From NCBI RefSeq assembly GCF_964204645.1, contig NC_134029.1, forward strand, positions 2,232,001 through 2,296,000: 64,000 bases of DNA, written 5' to 3'. Source of the DNA: Tubulanus polymorphus (Eukaryota > Animalia > Nemertea). Shown here in pieces: positions 25,856 to 40,183 of the stretch (positions are counted from its first letter, which is position 1; every line of letters starts with the position of its first letter). The position numbers and the translations under genes were made by a program. The notes under the pieces are model-generated. The model searched no databases. It saw only the letters and a list, made by a program, of their open reading frames with translations, and was not told where the DNA came from.

Positions 25856-25987
25856 GGGTCCGGTTGGAAAAGCGGTACAAAATTCCAAAAGCGGTCGCAA
25901 TCCTAAAAGCAATTTTGTTAGAATGGCTATAGAACCAAGATGGTTTAAGACCGGTTTTAAATCAAAGACATGACTGCACAACTGGCC
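25856..25987 (+). mobile_element. MITE-like family A, copy 3 (diverged)
   Basis: Shares TCCAAAAG-GGTC and TTGTTAGA-TGGCT-TAGAAC-AAG-TGGT with copy 1; ends ATGACTGCACAACTGGCC, the inverse of the copy 1 left end. Confidence 0.7.
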
Positions 25988-26499
25988 GCGTTATCACTTT
26001 GAAAACCGCATCCACTTGTGTCACATAAATATGTCCAGTCATCGTCTATTTATTAGATTCAATGTCATTAGGCCAGTTGTATACTAGAATCATAAAACGT
26101 TTTGGCAATGAATTCTATTTCATTTCATCTCTCGGAATTCTTGTCGAGTACAATGTCTTGACGAGTAGCTTATTGTAAACGCGTCAATTTGTTTAATCAG
26201 AAATTCTATAGCGCTATTCAGCGGAGTAGAGAAGCCTTCTCCACAGGCTGCTATTTACTGAATTGTGTCGCATGCCCGTGAAGAGCCGGTCTACACGGAG
26301 TTGCATAATTCATTAACTATAACTATTGAGTTATCCATCTATTAAACTTCTAAATTGTGGGATCTCGGGAACCCGTCGAGAATTCGCGAGGTAATTTATT
26401 CGACTGCACGAAGACGATGTAGTTTGAGGATGGAATGTGGTTTACGAACACGATGTGAATGTCTCGACAGTTGACGCGCTAGTAACGACACTTGCTACT

Positions 26500-26761
26500 G
26501 AGCTCTGGCGCGACTCGCTGTATCACCGGCAGCCAATCAGCTAGCGGCTGGTCACATGGTTGTCAGTTTTGAGCCGCGAGGAGTCTGACTGTGTCAAACG
26601 TGTTTTACCTGCGCTGTGGAATACACACACGTGCGCTTTCTCTTCGCGTCTCATCGTGTGTATTTTAACGCGTAATAAAAAAACCGGATTTTGCGGCTTC
26701 GTTCAGATATTTGGATTATACTGATTCGTGTTGCTTACTTTGTCGGTGACTTTTTTATCAG
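26500..26761 (+). promoter_or_regulatory. Candidate protocadherin promoter and non-coding first exon (about 26565-26761)
   Basis: CpG/GC-rich patch with AGCCAATCAG (26531-26540), E-box GTCACATGG (26551-26559), Inr-like TCAGTT (26563-26568) and a CAG|GTAAAG donor at 26762. The coding exon has an acceptor upstream of its ATG, implying at least one non-coding exon. Confidence 0.5.
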
Positions 26762-29700
26762 GTAAAGTCTAACTTCAGCTTTCAAAATGTTTTTTTTCAC
26801 TTTTCAAATTCAATAAGAATACACTTTGACAGCGTCACAAGTTTTAGATGTGTTCAGGAATGTGACTCTTGTTAAGACGTAAAGCAGACAATTTTGAAGT
26901 CAGAAATGACAGATCGGCAAAATCAAACCCGGGTATTAGAATCGAAGATCCACATTGTTTTAGTTCTGAAATGTTTAAAGTTATTTCACGTTCTTTTGCT
27001 AAGCAATGCTCATGTAGATAGATATGAATTGATATTATGTGTTGTATGGCGCTGTTCTAATATATTTTATTACGCCTTGAAATGCGCATGCAGATTGCCA
27101 CTTCGACGAGGCTCTTTCGGTGAAAGATTATTCATTGAATCTTAATTACCGTTGAAGTGTCTTTAGAGTCGATTTCAAGTTTCTCACACGCGCCGTTAAT
27201 GAACCTCTTTCATATTCCGGCAATAGACTGCAGTCACTTGAGTGGAGTGAGACAAAACTGCGCTACATTGGCAAAACATCGAAACATTAGTGCAGACGCG
27301 TGAAAGATTATTTCAAACAATCTTATAATTTCATGCCAGTATTTCTAAAGATCTCTGAGGTGAAGTATCACTGTCGGGTTTATTTCGTGGTATTTGCGGT
27401 GAGCAAAATGTCTTTGATATTTCAAGATAATCTCGACAAATACGGCTTTCGATCGTATTGACTTCTGGACTGAATGTCATACGGTCTATGCGCGGCTTAG
27501 ACGTATTCACAAAACGTCTATTACTGCCCAGTTTAACTGAAAATATTAACTCGATTTTGATCGTGTTCTTCATAATTCCTAAAGTTGGAGCTAAAAGCTA
27601 AACATTTTCTGTGTGAAACCCATAATCAGCTATTCTGCCTGAGTGGCAGCTTTTTATTGTATCAAGGGACAACGGAAATCAAGAATCTTTTTTTCTAAAT
27701 TTTGGTTGACCGAAATCTGTCATGAATAGAATACTGAATCAATTTTTGAAATATTGCTTCTTCTGATATATATATTGCAATATTGCTTCTTCTGATTTGA
27801 ATCACAGTTCAACGAATAAATTCACATAATAACCAGAAAGTTTCTCCAATACAGTAGAAACATACAGACATACGGGTCTCGCTGCTCATATATATATATT
27901 ACATCAATACTAGCTAATATTAGTATATTAGATATGTTATGATATGGCTCCATGCTGCCAGTAATAATTGATCAAATGTAGCTAATATAAGAAAGATACC
28001 GAATCGTTACATTTTTTTTTAGAAAACGAGCTTCACGAATTCGCGTGTATACAATTATCCGGTGCAGTTCTATACACGCCTCGGGTTAGACTTCAAATAC
28101 ACGTCGCTCTTGCTTTTAAAAATCTCGTATAATACGCGAACATGCAAAAATTAAACCAATTATGGATATTGTTTATGGTCTGTTTGAATATTCACTTATC
28201 GCTATCTGGTATCGATTCATATTCTCTCCATTCTTTCACTAGAGATAGATTTAACACCTCTTCAAACCTCGATGGAAATATCAGTTACAGTCGAACTCTG
28301 TTAAGCCATCATTGCATTCGTCACATTTCTGAATTCGTCACTATTTTCGAGTGTAAGTCATCAACATAATGATCGGCCAGGCCATGACGACAGGCTAATT
28401 TTACTAATCTGTTTTTCGAAGGAAGTTGTAACAAATGTCGTGCCTTATATAAGTCATTGGTAAAAAGTTAAGCTGAATGTGAGGCCAATAAGAATCACGA
28501 ATGCTTGATAAGAACATTCGGTGGTTACCGTAAACAAATTCGACATTTTTAGTCGCACAGTAGGGATGAAAATCCCATTCCATGAGGGATGCAATTTCTT
28601 TTTTCAAATTTACTCGATAGTCCGTAACCTGAATTGATCATTGTATCCATGTGATTATTTTGTGGCTAATCAGCGGTGATGTTTTATCGCCGAAAAATGT
28701 TTCTTCTCGCGGCAACCCGCGCTCTTGATATCGGTATGTGGCTATTGAAGATGAGTGAGAGTGGGCTATGGGGAAATCTACACACTTGAGATTCCTATAC
28801 AGAATTAGTGAAAGGAAGAATATACGAAATAACGAACGATTTTCGAATTTGAGGTGATATTTGTTCCTTTGTGTTTCAATTAGAATACGTTTCACTATTG
28901 TACGGTTGGTGTTGGGTCCTGTGTGGGTTAAGCATATGCATTGACTCATCAAAGGTCCCTATTCTTTCTCTAAACGCGACTGCGAAGGCACCATTCTACC
29001 ACTGTATCCAGGCGAATCGTGAGTTTAACTTGATTGAATAACAATTCTTTCGGGATTAAAATAAATATTTGAATTACGTATTAATCTAAATCTTAAGTTT
29101 ATCAACTTTCTCATGTTAATAGATATCCTGAGCACCTTCTTAGATTGTATTGAAATGATCGCTCGTTGATATAGAATTAAATCGAAAGATTCGCCTATCT
29201 TCGTTCGGATAATTTTCACTTTTGTATTTTACTGGTAGAAAATCGGGATTTTGTATTGTCCGTAAATAAATAAAATCGCGCTATTAGACATTGGAATTAT
29301 ATAAGACATTGATAGATGAATTTCTGAATATTTTTTGTAGGTTGATTTCAATGCAAAAATATTTTCAAACCACTTTGAATTCGAGTTATACTTTGATATT
29401 CGTACATGGATCGGATATCCGATCCAGTCGGGTCCGAAGAGTAAAAAAAGTAGATTATTTACAGTAGATTCAATCTGTCAAGCATCCTTCTGTCCGGTCC
29501 ATTAAACTATTACCTATCTACCCACGCCGTAAATAATGTTAACCATTTAATGGACATCGATGCACGAAGAAAAATCCATTTGATCATGTAAGGGGTGAAA
29601 TGAGCAAGAACATTTAGACAGATAGGGATTTATTTGATGTTTAGGGGAATGTGTTTGTTGTTTTCGAGGAAATAATATTTCGTATGTCACGAAACAATTG

Positions 29701-32700
29701 TACAGATATTTAGGGTATGAGCCATGGACTGAATTCGTTACAAGAAGCTTAGCGTACAACTTAAACACAAAATCTGTTTCTTGTTTCGATGTGTTTTTTT
29801 CTCGCTGCGCTTAATGAAGAACCACCATATGCCACTAAAAAACTTATGGATAGTTTTTGATTCTACACGTGTCACTCATAAATGCGCGCTATTCGACACA
29901 GCTCACCCGATCATCAGGCTATTACCTTCACTTGAAAACATTTCTAGGGAAATTTATTTATTTTAAACACAAATTCCTGCTGGCGTTTATACAGACTATA
30001 ACAAACTATTTGTATATGGGAATATTAAAAACGGGTGTGGTGCTATACCAGTAATTTACTGTTTACTACTCGTTTCCCAGTGTCTATTTGATCTTGTCTT
30101 CGTACACGAGGTCAAAGTGAGAACGCAATCAAATTGAAGGTATAGCGTTCCCGAATTCCTCCGTGATGTTAACTCTTTCACAGCATTCAAAGGACAGCTA
30201 AAACATTTATCGCCATGTCATCACATGTTTCTGGGGGAAAGCACCTTTGATAATGGTTCTACTTTTATCAAGGCGCTACAAATGTTTAATCCTATCCTCT
30301 TCTATCTTATCCTTTGCTAAATACGTATTGTGGTTTATGTTTTTAGACTCATCGAGATAATGCTATTTCTAGTCGTATTCATACGTTCATCTATCCTTTG
30401 AATACAGAAAATATCACTCTGTTATCGAAGCGTTATAAGCCGGGGTCATATATATCTGGACAAAATTTCTTATTCTTGATGGTCGTGTATATACATATAT
30501 ATATATATATATGTATTGCCATCGCTTTAAGTTCTTCATACGCGCCGCCATCTTAAACCATATCTTGTCCCCTGGCTGTTCTTCCGCTAAAATTGCTAGC
30601 CTATCGATTATTGCTGGTCTGTTTTTATCGTTGATTGCCTCAATGGCTTCGGAACGTAGCGGTATTTTTTAGTGCGCAGTGATTTAGAAGTCTCCTTTCT
30701 CTCTTTCCCCATTCGAAATTTTTAATCAAAACCCAGCATAGGACAGGTGAAATTGAAAACAATCTAAATTCACGATCTATATAAGCAGAAAAAAACACGG
30801 CAAACAACATTCTTTCTTTTCGTTACTATTCAATTTCTTTCAAGACTGTGTTAGACTTGATATACACTATTTACATATGGTTTGTCGCTGATGTATATAA
30901 TATATATATATATATATTCATTGAGTCGGAAATATGAAGTAGGCCTAACGTTCTTTGCGCTTGAAGGTAACTACGAACGCTGAACAATAAATTGTTTCTT
31001 GTTTGAAAGTTTCATCTATAAAAAGCTATTTTCCAGTCACGTGGCGGAGTTTTTGCCGGGAGTCACTTGAAAATCAATTCATGTCATTTACAACATCCTG
31101 CGTGGCAGTTCGGGCGATATAGAATAGAATATTCTCCTGTGGAACATGCACGTGAAATTGTTTATTAGCCTTTGGTGTAACCTTCTCTGCTAGTTCGTTA
31201 TGTTGTAAAACAAGCTGTGGATTAAAATCAATTTTCTGCTCATTTCTAATCAGTTAGATTTTCGATTTTTCTGTCGTCACCTGCAGTTGATAAATACACA
31301 TAATAGACTCAATGACTTTTGTAATAAACGGTGAAAACAAAACAAATGGTTCATTATTGATAACTAAACGTAGATTCAAATATTCAGAGCTGAATTCAGT
31401 TATATACTCGAAGCCCAATATCTGTTCAAATATTGAGGGTAATTTCATTTTCCAATAACATGTAGTCAAGCATCAAGCTACGGGGATTGATTCCTCTCCT
31501 GTATCCAGAATTTAGTGAAAACCATCATCATTTTCGTATTAAACCACTTTGATATTACCGCAATGGAATCTCACAAGTCGATAGGTTATTTTTTTAGTTT
31601 CCCAATTGAACATACCCGTTTCGACAACTGCTCTACTTGTATACTGAATATCATATACTGGCAAATGGAAATATAAAGACAATAATGTATTAATGCGTAG
31701 ATTCTGGCGCTATTACATTCTTCATATTGATGACATTATCAACAGTTCTACTGTTATGTATAAGATTGTCTTGTGCGAGGAACGGAATAAAGATATGATT
31801 TGTATTGACCTGAATTGCTGCTTCACCGGTGACAATCGAGAAGAAAACGCCGCACACGCGACATGTAACTAGGAAGCGCTGGACAGTGGTTATAGTTCGT
31901 CATTAATTATCTATTTCGTGGCTTTGTTCGCTAACGACTGCCAGTCGGCTTCACATCTCAATAATGAACACGTTCTATTGTTCCCATGTCTATGACATAT
32001 AGGTAATAATATACGTATTGAGGTGCACTTTCGTATTAATGATTATCTTTGCCTCTCGCAACAACGGGACTGGACATCGCTGTCTTCGATTTTATCAGTT
32101 TCGTTTCGTTTATATGACTCAAACGGGACGAATTCCCAGCGCAGTAAAGGGGAACCAGAAGTCGACGTAATACATCGTAATGAGAATTTCTGCTTGATTT
32201 GATAGATTCACAACCTCCAGTAATTTACGAATCATACAGACGAGTTCGTTCTGCATGTTTGTCTCCCATTGTACGCGGGTCATAATAAAAACAGGTTAAT
32301 CGAATTGATTCGACATACCGTAATAAGTTTAGTGTAAAAATCAATTGGGCGAGTATTCGGTATCGACGATTTTATCAGGCGTTTATATTCGGTGTCGGAG
32401 TTTGTTTTGCAGCAGAAAAGATCAACGAGCATAGACTCCCCTATGTTCACGCGCCCAACCGCTGAATGGCCCTTGACGTGCGTTGTGCCTGTTCCTATGG
32501 TTTTTTTTTTGCGCACTGAAAAAAGGGACGTCAAGTGTCGAGTTTTGAGAGATCTCTTTGTCTTCTGAAATTGATGATTATATTAAGTTTCACGTACATG
32601 ACCGCAATCAGTCCAATATTTATATGAACAGCTGTGAACACTTACCATCAGAGAAGTAGTTTTTAGTTTTTGAAATGTGAATATTGTATTTGAGTTTTTG

Positions 32701-34098
32701 ATAGTCCATACATATTCATCATTACACAATATACAATGTATGTTATACAACGTATGTTCACGACTATATTGAATGCAGTTTTTCGAACGTTTCCAATTTG
32801 TGCGTTTTATTATAAAAGGTGAGCTTTTTTATTTCACTTTGAAATGAAGTTACTCTTGTGTTTAGGATTTTGTCACCAGTTCTTGTTGACAGAATTCACT
32901 CAACAAATTGTGTGTCGTAGAATGTCTAATACTTCCGCTACTTACAAGTTACGCAATTTCCTCGGTTTCTTCTGATTCTAATCGGAGTAATTCCTTTTTG
33001 GGTCGATTTTCGTCTAAATAGATGAACCTGGTGTAGATATCGGAAATATACGCTCACCAGGAGCATGAAGCCGACATAACGTGATGTGGGATCGGTATCT
33101 ATAAGACAGATCCATGCAGACCACTCTGTGTTTGTATGGTATGTATTTGTCAGGTGAATTAATGTGTCAGAAAATGTCAACGTAGAAAAAATGTCTGCGA
33201 AGAGCAATTGTGATTTGTTAACGATGCGTCGTGCGGTTCTAGCGGTTATCGAGTACAACGAATATAATATCCCTAGGTATCTTTTCTCATTCCTGATGTT
33301 ATCGGCGTATTGCATTATTGTTACTTTAGTTAGATCGATTCCGTTCGATGGCTTGCTGGCGTATTGTCGGTTGGGAAATTGTTTCGCGTATCCCGCTGGC
33401 TCCTGTGTTTAATAGTCAGTGACAGCTCGCAGATTCTGAACCCCATCTGTCGCTGGGCGACTATTGACTTATTAATGATGTTATGATTTTTATTCGTACT
33501 GGGATTGATAACAAATCGATGTGGCATTCCGAGTCCTGTGAGGGCGTTCAAGTCCAGGTATATCCGGTGCTAAAATAACTGTGTGAACTTCTACGATACC
33601 GAGGGACTTTAATCTTTTCGGGATTGATATCTTTTGATCCATAAATACTATTCCTCTTCCTTTCATTGTGGGTTTTTGATGCCACGTAATAAATTATGAA
33701 GTTCAAATGTACGTACGGCATGTCCTGTATATACAGCAGTTTATCTGTAAATAAGTCGAGTAACGACGTTAATGATGAAATCATGAATAAACAATAGACT
33801 ATTGCATAATTGAAGGTAAGACTGTGATCGAGAGACGCGAATCGCTCGCACGAATTAGGTGTCAGACCACAACTCATCCATCCCTATAGAGGCATTTTGA
33901 TTATTTTATGGTGATAGTTGTCCAGGTATTTAAGTAATGGTTTCGGTTCTACGCCGTAATTGCTTTTCCTGGGTTGAATTTAGATTATGAACGAAATATA
34001 CACGGAAGAAATCCTCTTGCTTGGACCGCGTAACCTCGCTACATACGTCAGACAATCGCATGCGTAGACACTGATATCGGCAATTTATTCATCGATCA

Positions 34099-34280
34099 GG
34101 ATTCAGGTCCACAGTTTGAATTTCACTTTTGGAAAAAAAATTCGCAAATAAATTGAACTCAACTCATTCAGGACCCGGTTTCATAACGGTCGTCTCGGAT
34201 GGGCTTGATTCAACCCTTGATTCTATTGGAATTTAGTTGATTTTCAATGTTTCAATCCTTGTTTCCGTGGAACTAGATTC
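34099..34280. mobile_element. Decayed hairpin repeat(s) with GGATCCAGTTCCAC-like termini
   Basis: GGATTCAGGTCCACAG (34099) and GGACCCGGTTTCATA (34171) are inverted to GTGGAACTAGATTC (34267-34280). Confidence 0.4.
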
Positions 34281-37200
34281 ATTGATCACCGAATTCACGA
34301 GTTCATTAAATACTCTACTGTATATGAAGCCATCAGTTAATAGTCAGAAATCTGGCTTGTTAGTGATGTAATCAGCATGACTAGCCTTCAATCCCGGAGG
34401 CATTTCAAATATCATTGATCCTCAACGAGATGAAGATTCTACAACTCAAGATTCCATTGAGAATTCATTTTCCTGATTCGATTAAGAAATTACTGCCCCG
34501 GGGCAATTTCGCCGCGGCGGTTTAAACTCATCATCGGAATCTTGGTCACAAGGAAACTTTCACTGAGGATTCGACAGTTTTTGTATGAATAATCATCACA
34601 CACCCGGTTTAATACTGGTGCATTGCGATACTGGTGCGTTTATAAGGGCAGGGCACCAAACCAAAACCAAATCCTTCAACCAAATTTTTAAAATGAGTGA
34701 CAGCGACCATCCCTAATTCAAGATAAAACATTTTAAATGAACTAACTTCAAACCTGAATGAACGCGGACTGTGGGAGTGCTGCCACACTTAGCAGCCATC
34801 AAACAAACAAAAATCAAAAACCGTTTTGAATTTCATCAATTATTAATTTCAATATTTCCAGCGCTTTTTTGAATCGGAAACTTTTTCGCTTTCGTCTTAG
34901 ATTCACACTGCAGTTTCCATGGCGATAGAAACGCGGCTCTATCCTGAAATTAGACAATATTCTATTGGATAGCGATGTCAGAAAAATTAGCGGCAAATTT
35001 CAATTTTATTGAATCTGGTGCGTGTTTAATAGCGACCTGCTTTATGTATATTCAGCTCACAAGTTTGAAAAATCGTTTGTTTATGTTTCAAAAAAGATAT
35101 TTGATCGCTTCGAAGCGCTGTTGATTTTGTAAATAATTTTCTGGGATTTTTTTTTTGGTTTAGAAATGCTGTTGTCGCGTTCATTTGAAATTCTAACCCG
35201 GCGGTGTCAGATGCGCGGTTTCATCTTCGCAAGAGGTGCTAAAATATTCGATTGCCGATCGATATCATACTGAAAATAAAACCGGAAATCTGTCGAAAAA
35301 AGATTGCTCGTTCAATAGCGATTTCCCGATTAAAAAAGTGTTGAAATTCGCAGTTCGCGAAAATAATCGAAATTCTGACCGTTGAACATTTTAGAAAAAA
35401 GTGTATCTAAGATCGGTTGGAGTGATTACGAGTTCGAATTACAACCAGTGGTAGCATTCAGTTTCATTCATTTTCATTGAGTCATCGACGGCGTAGGAAA
35501 AAGTGAAGTTTGAAATTGAAAAGAGCTCGCTGGCTGTGTACGATCACGACGACTGCTGTTTATTGGAGACTGCTCTCACCAAGTTGACTGAAAACTTCGA
35601 TAAATATTGACATTGTCTGTAACAGTAACTTCAGCCATGTTTGCTTAAGTTTTCAGTGTTTAATCGAGAGCTCGCGTCGAAATGGTTGCGCTTTAAAAAC
35701 TGTTTGCTATTGAGCTCCACACTATTGAACTTTCAGTTCGTGTCGTGACAATTTTTTCTATTCCCAGTTCACAATGAATTGTTGTGTGCGAGTCTGTATT
35801 TATGATACGCGTAGTTTCCAGGACTTGAGATGATTTATTTTAAAGGTTACGGCCAACTCTCAAATCAAAGACATTCACGGTTAACCCTTTCTTTCCCGAC
35901 TTAGAATAATTCTTGAATCAGGTGGATGATTGTTGCTGTAATGGCTGGTTTTACTTTGATAATATATTTCGCCGATGAGTCGTTTCAATAACTCGAAAAT
36001 CTCGTAAATCCACCTTCTCTTCGAATTGGTAATCATCCCACTTGTTAATTCCTCTGATCTCGAACCAACACCTCTCTACCATTTCTATTTGAACATGTGT
36101 TAGAATTGTTTATTTAAGTTATATCTAATGCAGCTGTCCAACTTAATACATTTGTTTTCAATATATCAAAATATATCTCATCTAAAATTGGAACGTTTCG
36201 GTTCCGCATTAATCAAAACACACATATTCATAGAATTTACGTTGGTCGCCATATTTCCAAAGCACCTTATCCTTAAGTGATAAACCATCCTAGAAAACGT
36301 CTAGCAGTTCAGAGTCTACTTCACCCTGTAGTTCGTGCATGATATAAAGTTTGTTGATTGACTGATTTGTGGTTGGATATTCCAACTACAGATCTGTTGA
36401 TTTAAAGAAAAAGAAATTGATTTCATCAAAATGTAGTTTTCAGTAATACGATGTTTCTAGAATGTTATGTACGAGAGGCCTATGTATATTGTTTATTGAT
36501 ACATAACGCCTATTGATTGCAAAACGAAAATAGTGGCGATACCATGGTTATTATCGATCATGCTCGACACCTAGTCGACATATATGTAGATTCTATGAAT
36601 AAAACAAAAGATCTTGTCATCTTGAAAGGGGTTAAAAGAGTACTGATCTTGCACTCAACCAGTGCTAACGAGACCAAGTTCATCAGTGGATTGAGTAAGA
36701 TGTCTATATCTCCCACCTCCTGCTCTTAGTATTTGTGATGGTATCAAACGCGTCGAGAATCTATAGCTCACGAGCAGTTTTACAGTATGGTTCATACGTC
36801 TTTGCGGCCTATGAATGAATGATGTTCTCCGGCTTCCCACAGGTCCAGGGAGAAAAGAGTACGACGTCTAGCATTTCATAGACTTACAGGTTTCACTAAA
36901 CGATGAAAACCATCGCCATACTGAATCGGTTCTTCGGTAACGTATGGCTCGAATGTGATAAATTTGACACCGGGGACAATACGGCTCTGTACCGTTTTTT
37001 GTTAGCAGTCATGTCGGCCGTTGCGGCAGCAATTCAATCAGTATGAGTCGGTGTGACAGGTCATCTCGTATCATTGCTGTAACTGCGTCGCCGCTGTCTC
37101 TGCGCTTTCAGTACAAATATGATGAATAATGAGCCGGTCTTTCTAATGTAGCATTTAGCGTGATTGGAAATAATGAAAGGCCGCTGACTTGTTCGTTTGG

Positions 37201-40112
37201 CCCCGTGCTCAGCGCGCGTGTCCCTAGCGTATTGCGCTTTATAAGTGTCATCAACATTGCTATCATTGGAATTAGCGGGTATAACGACCTATCTAATGTA
37301 ACAGCTATGGATGTAAACAACTTGGAGAAAATACATTTTCATCATTCATATCATTACCAGTCTGTATAGATAGACTATGATCGGTGTATTAATGTGAAGC
37401 TTCAAATCAACGGTCAAGTAAACATTTCTCTCTCGAAAATTATATATTAGCAACGCATTGTATATTCTAATGTAACATTCTGGTGTTTCTTACCAAAACC
37501 GATCTGGCTGATTCGCTCCTAAGAATTGTTCTATAAGGTTGGCTTCAGAGCGTAATCAAATACCGGTCATTCGGTACCACCTGAAATTCAGCATTAGACG
37601 CTGAATTGCTCTTTTCGATGTCTTTATTGCCTCCTTCAGGATTTTTATTATTCTTCCATCAAAGAACGCCGGAATAATCGTGGACTCTGGAATACCGCGT
37701 ATATTCAGATTGGACATTCTTCGGTCAAAAATGTGTAACTGTTGTTTTAGTTAACCGGTATTTTAGGAGCCTACTGTACACCGTATTCACCGCAGATCTT
37801 CTATTCTGCTCTGTTGTGTTTAGCTTTTATATCATCATTTGCTAAACTTTCATTCTGTCGGTTTGCGCGCAGTTTCTGTATACCGACGCAAAGGTTGGTT
37901 TCGAACGTTGTAAACCAATGTAGCCTTTTAACTGCGAAACATGATCAAGTAGAGGTTTTTTTAAGCGCGAATGACAAAACTCATCGAACTCTTACAAGCA
38001 AAGCTAAAAACCAACGCGCGAAATGATGTACGGCGCTGTCGTTACAGCAGTAGCGATTGTTCCTTCTCTACACTACCTCTAAAGAGGAACGGTGTAGGTT
38101 TCTAAAGCTCTATTCGCCGGAGAAAGAAATCTACCATTAGAAAAAAATTCCCTTTGAAATCGTATTTGGAGGAGTAAAGCGTATCGCGTGTTGTACAGAT
38201 TGAGTTGATGATGGTTGAATATAACAGCGACTGAGAGGATGAGCTGCGATTGGTGATTATGGAAGTTGCTTATCGAAACAATGTTTTCTTTAGTTGGCTT
38301 TCATTTTAAAACGGCTTCAAATATTAGTCGTTAAGTTTGATCGCGCACAAGATCATTACTATTTTCGTTATTGTTATCAACAACAGTACCGGGGTATAGT
38401 TGAAATCCGTTTTAACGACATTTTTTTTTTATCTTAAAATAGGAATTGTCCCTGTTGTTTATTTGGTTTGTAAATTTCGTTAGATTTTTTGATTGAGTGT
38501 CCCTTACAGACCCACCACACCTGCTGGGAGCGAAACAGGGGGTTTGATTTTGAAATCGGAAATCGAAGTACAGATATAGTTGTTTGCTCGGCGGTCTAAT
38601 TTACAGAATTTTCTTTTTTAAATCGACGTACATAATTGGAAATTCGGTTCCGGTTCATTTAAACAATCTTTTTTAATGCATATAGCGCTCACTTAACGCC
38701 AACATTCTTTGAGAAGAAATCTCACTCAATTTCAATGAAAATACCAATATTTACAACGCCAATTTCGTTGGGCTCCTAACGATGGCATTACAACGGGCCT
38801 TGATTCTCGACTCGAGCATCATCCTGTTTACTAAGATTCATTATTTGTCGTAAAACATTCAAATATCAGAATGAAATTTAATCTGGTCTGTTATCAATGC
38901 GATTTCATGAATTTCTCGCTTCTGATGCGATACGAAATCCTGGAAATTCGATAACTAGGAATTTTGAATAATTTGAGAATTCCATCACGGTGCTATTACT
39001 CACCTTATATTTTGCTCGGATTCAGATTTCCGATAAACTGTTAGTATTCACATTGGCAACATTTCAATTCATATAGCCGACTAATTTAACATGGCCGCGG
39101 GCCAGTCGGCAAAAGTCAGTTTTCTTGGCAGTGCATGGGCGGCAAAAAGAAATTTTCATCATGCAATTGTAAAACGTGGATTGTGTAATTTTCTTTTCTG
39201 GCGTCTTTTATTATATGATTGCCGCGAGGTTTATTGTGTTGTAACTCGTCAGTGTTTGTCTTGGTGTCTAGTTATCACTAGGTTCCTAAAGTCTACGTTG
39301 ATCGCGCAATGTTTCTCGAGCTTAAGGCTCTAATCTCTCAATAAAAAGGAACCGCCGTGAACCCCAGGTGCGTTCGCGTACATCGTACAGTTCTGTCAAT
39401 ATTTCTTTCAGGGATTCTTTTACCAGTCATCGACGAGACGCGTTGAAAAGACACGTCGGACATAATCAAAATACGCGCACAGTGACTCAAAGACAAGAAA
39501 ATCAGTAACGAGTAAAAAAATCTCGTATTTCTCGATAATTAATCGTCAAGTGTGTATACACACGCGACAACTAACTATAATGTCAACAACACCTCAAACC
39601 CGATGTTATTATTTGATATGAAGGCCGATACGTCGTGTTTTATCGTATTAGATCTTTTAAATATTAACAGCGAATCGATGTGTAATATCGGTTAATTATA
39701 GCGTACAAGAGACATTTACAGTCGAGTAGTCGAGCCGAGTCAGTATGTCTGACGACTTTCCGAAAATCATTAACTGGCGTAAAAACTTCTAATTGATAAT
39801 ATTATAGATTTCAGTTTCTTCAGAAGCAAGTGTGTTGCGACTTCTCAGCGGGAACACAACCTATTTGGTTAGGGATACGCGAGGCGTTCGGGTAACTAGC
39901 TACTTATTCATTGCTGACACTTGGTCGGTGGTGTTGTCTGTTCCTTCAGGGTGTGGATCTCGTTCGACGCAACAGACCTTTCCACAGGCTGTTACTTATT
40001 CTAAAAAGTAGCAAAACTGTCAACCAAAAAACAACAACCATTTGGCAAAGCCCTTAACATTCGAAACAAGCCCCAACAATGGCTATTTCGGTGCTAAAAA
40101 TAGGCTAAATCC

Positions 40113-40183
40113 AGCCTAGCCTGGACTCGAACCCTAAACCTCAGCTTCCTATCCCAACATATTAACAACTACACCAACGAGCT
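40113..40183 (-). pseudogene. tRNA-derived relic (tRNA pseudogene or SINE head)
   Basis: Minus strand AGCTCGT-TGGTGTAGTTGTTAA (A box) ... GGTTCGAGTCC (B box, 40133-40123) ...GGCT; 71 nt with tRNA-like box spacing but broken stems. Confidence 0.6.

Noticed and set aside
18568-27797. Short local duplications (GGCTAGAGCACG x2 at 18568; CTAGTGTTTAT x2 near 20821; ATATTGCTTCTTCTGAT x2 near 27751-27796)
   Set aside because: Ordinary slippage or repair duplications with no further structure.
33810-33821. AAG|GTAAGA donor-like site
   Set aside because: No promoter-like or acceptor context upstream; such 7-mers are expected by chance.
12105-33877. Scattered 100-137-aa ORFs (12105-12470, 23646-24059, 32938-33315, 33548-33877 and others)
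   Set aside because: No recognisable domains or transposase/RT motifs, mostly non-ATG starts, and lengths compatible with chance.
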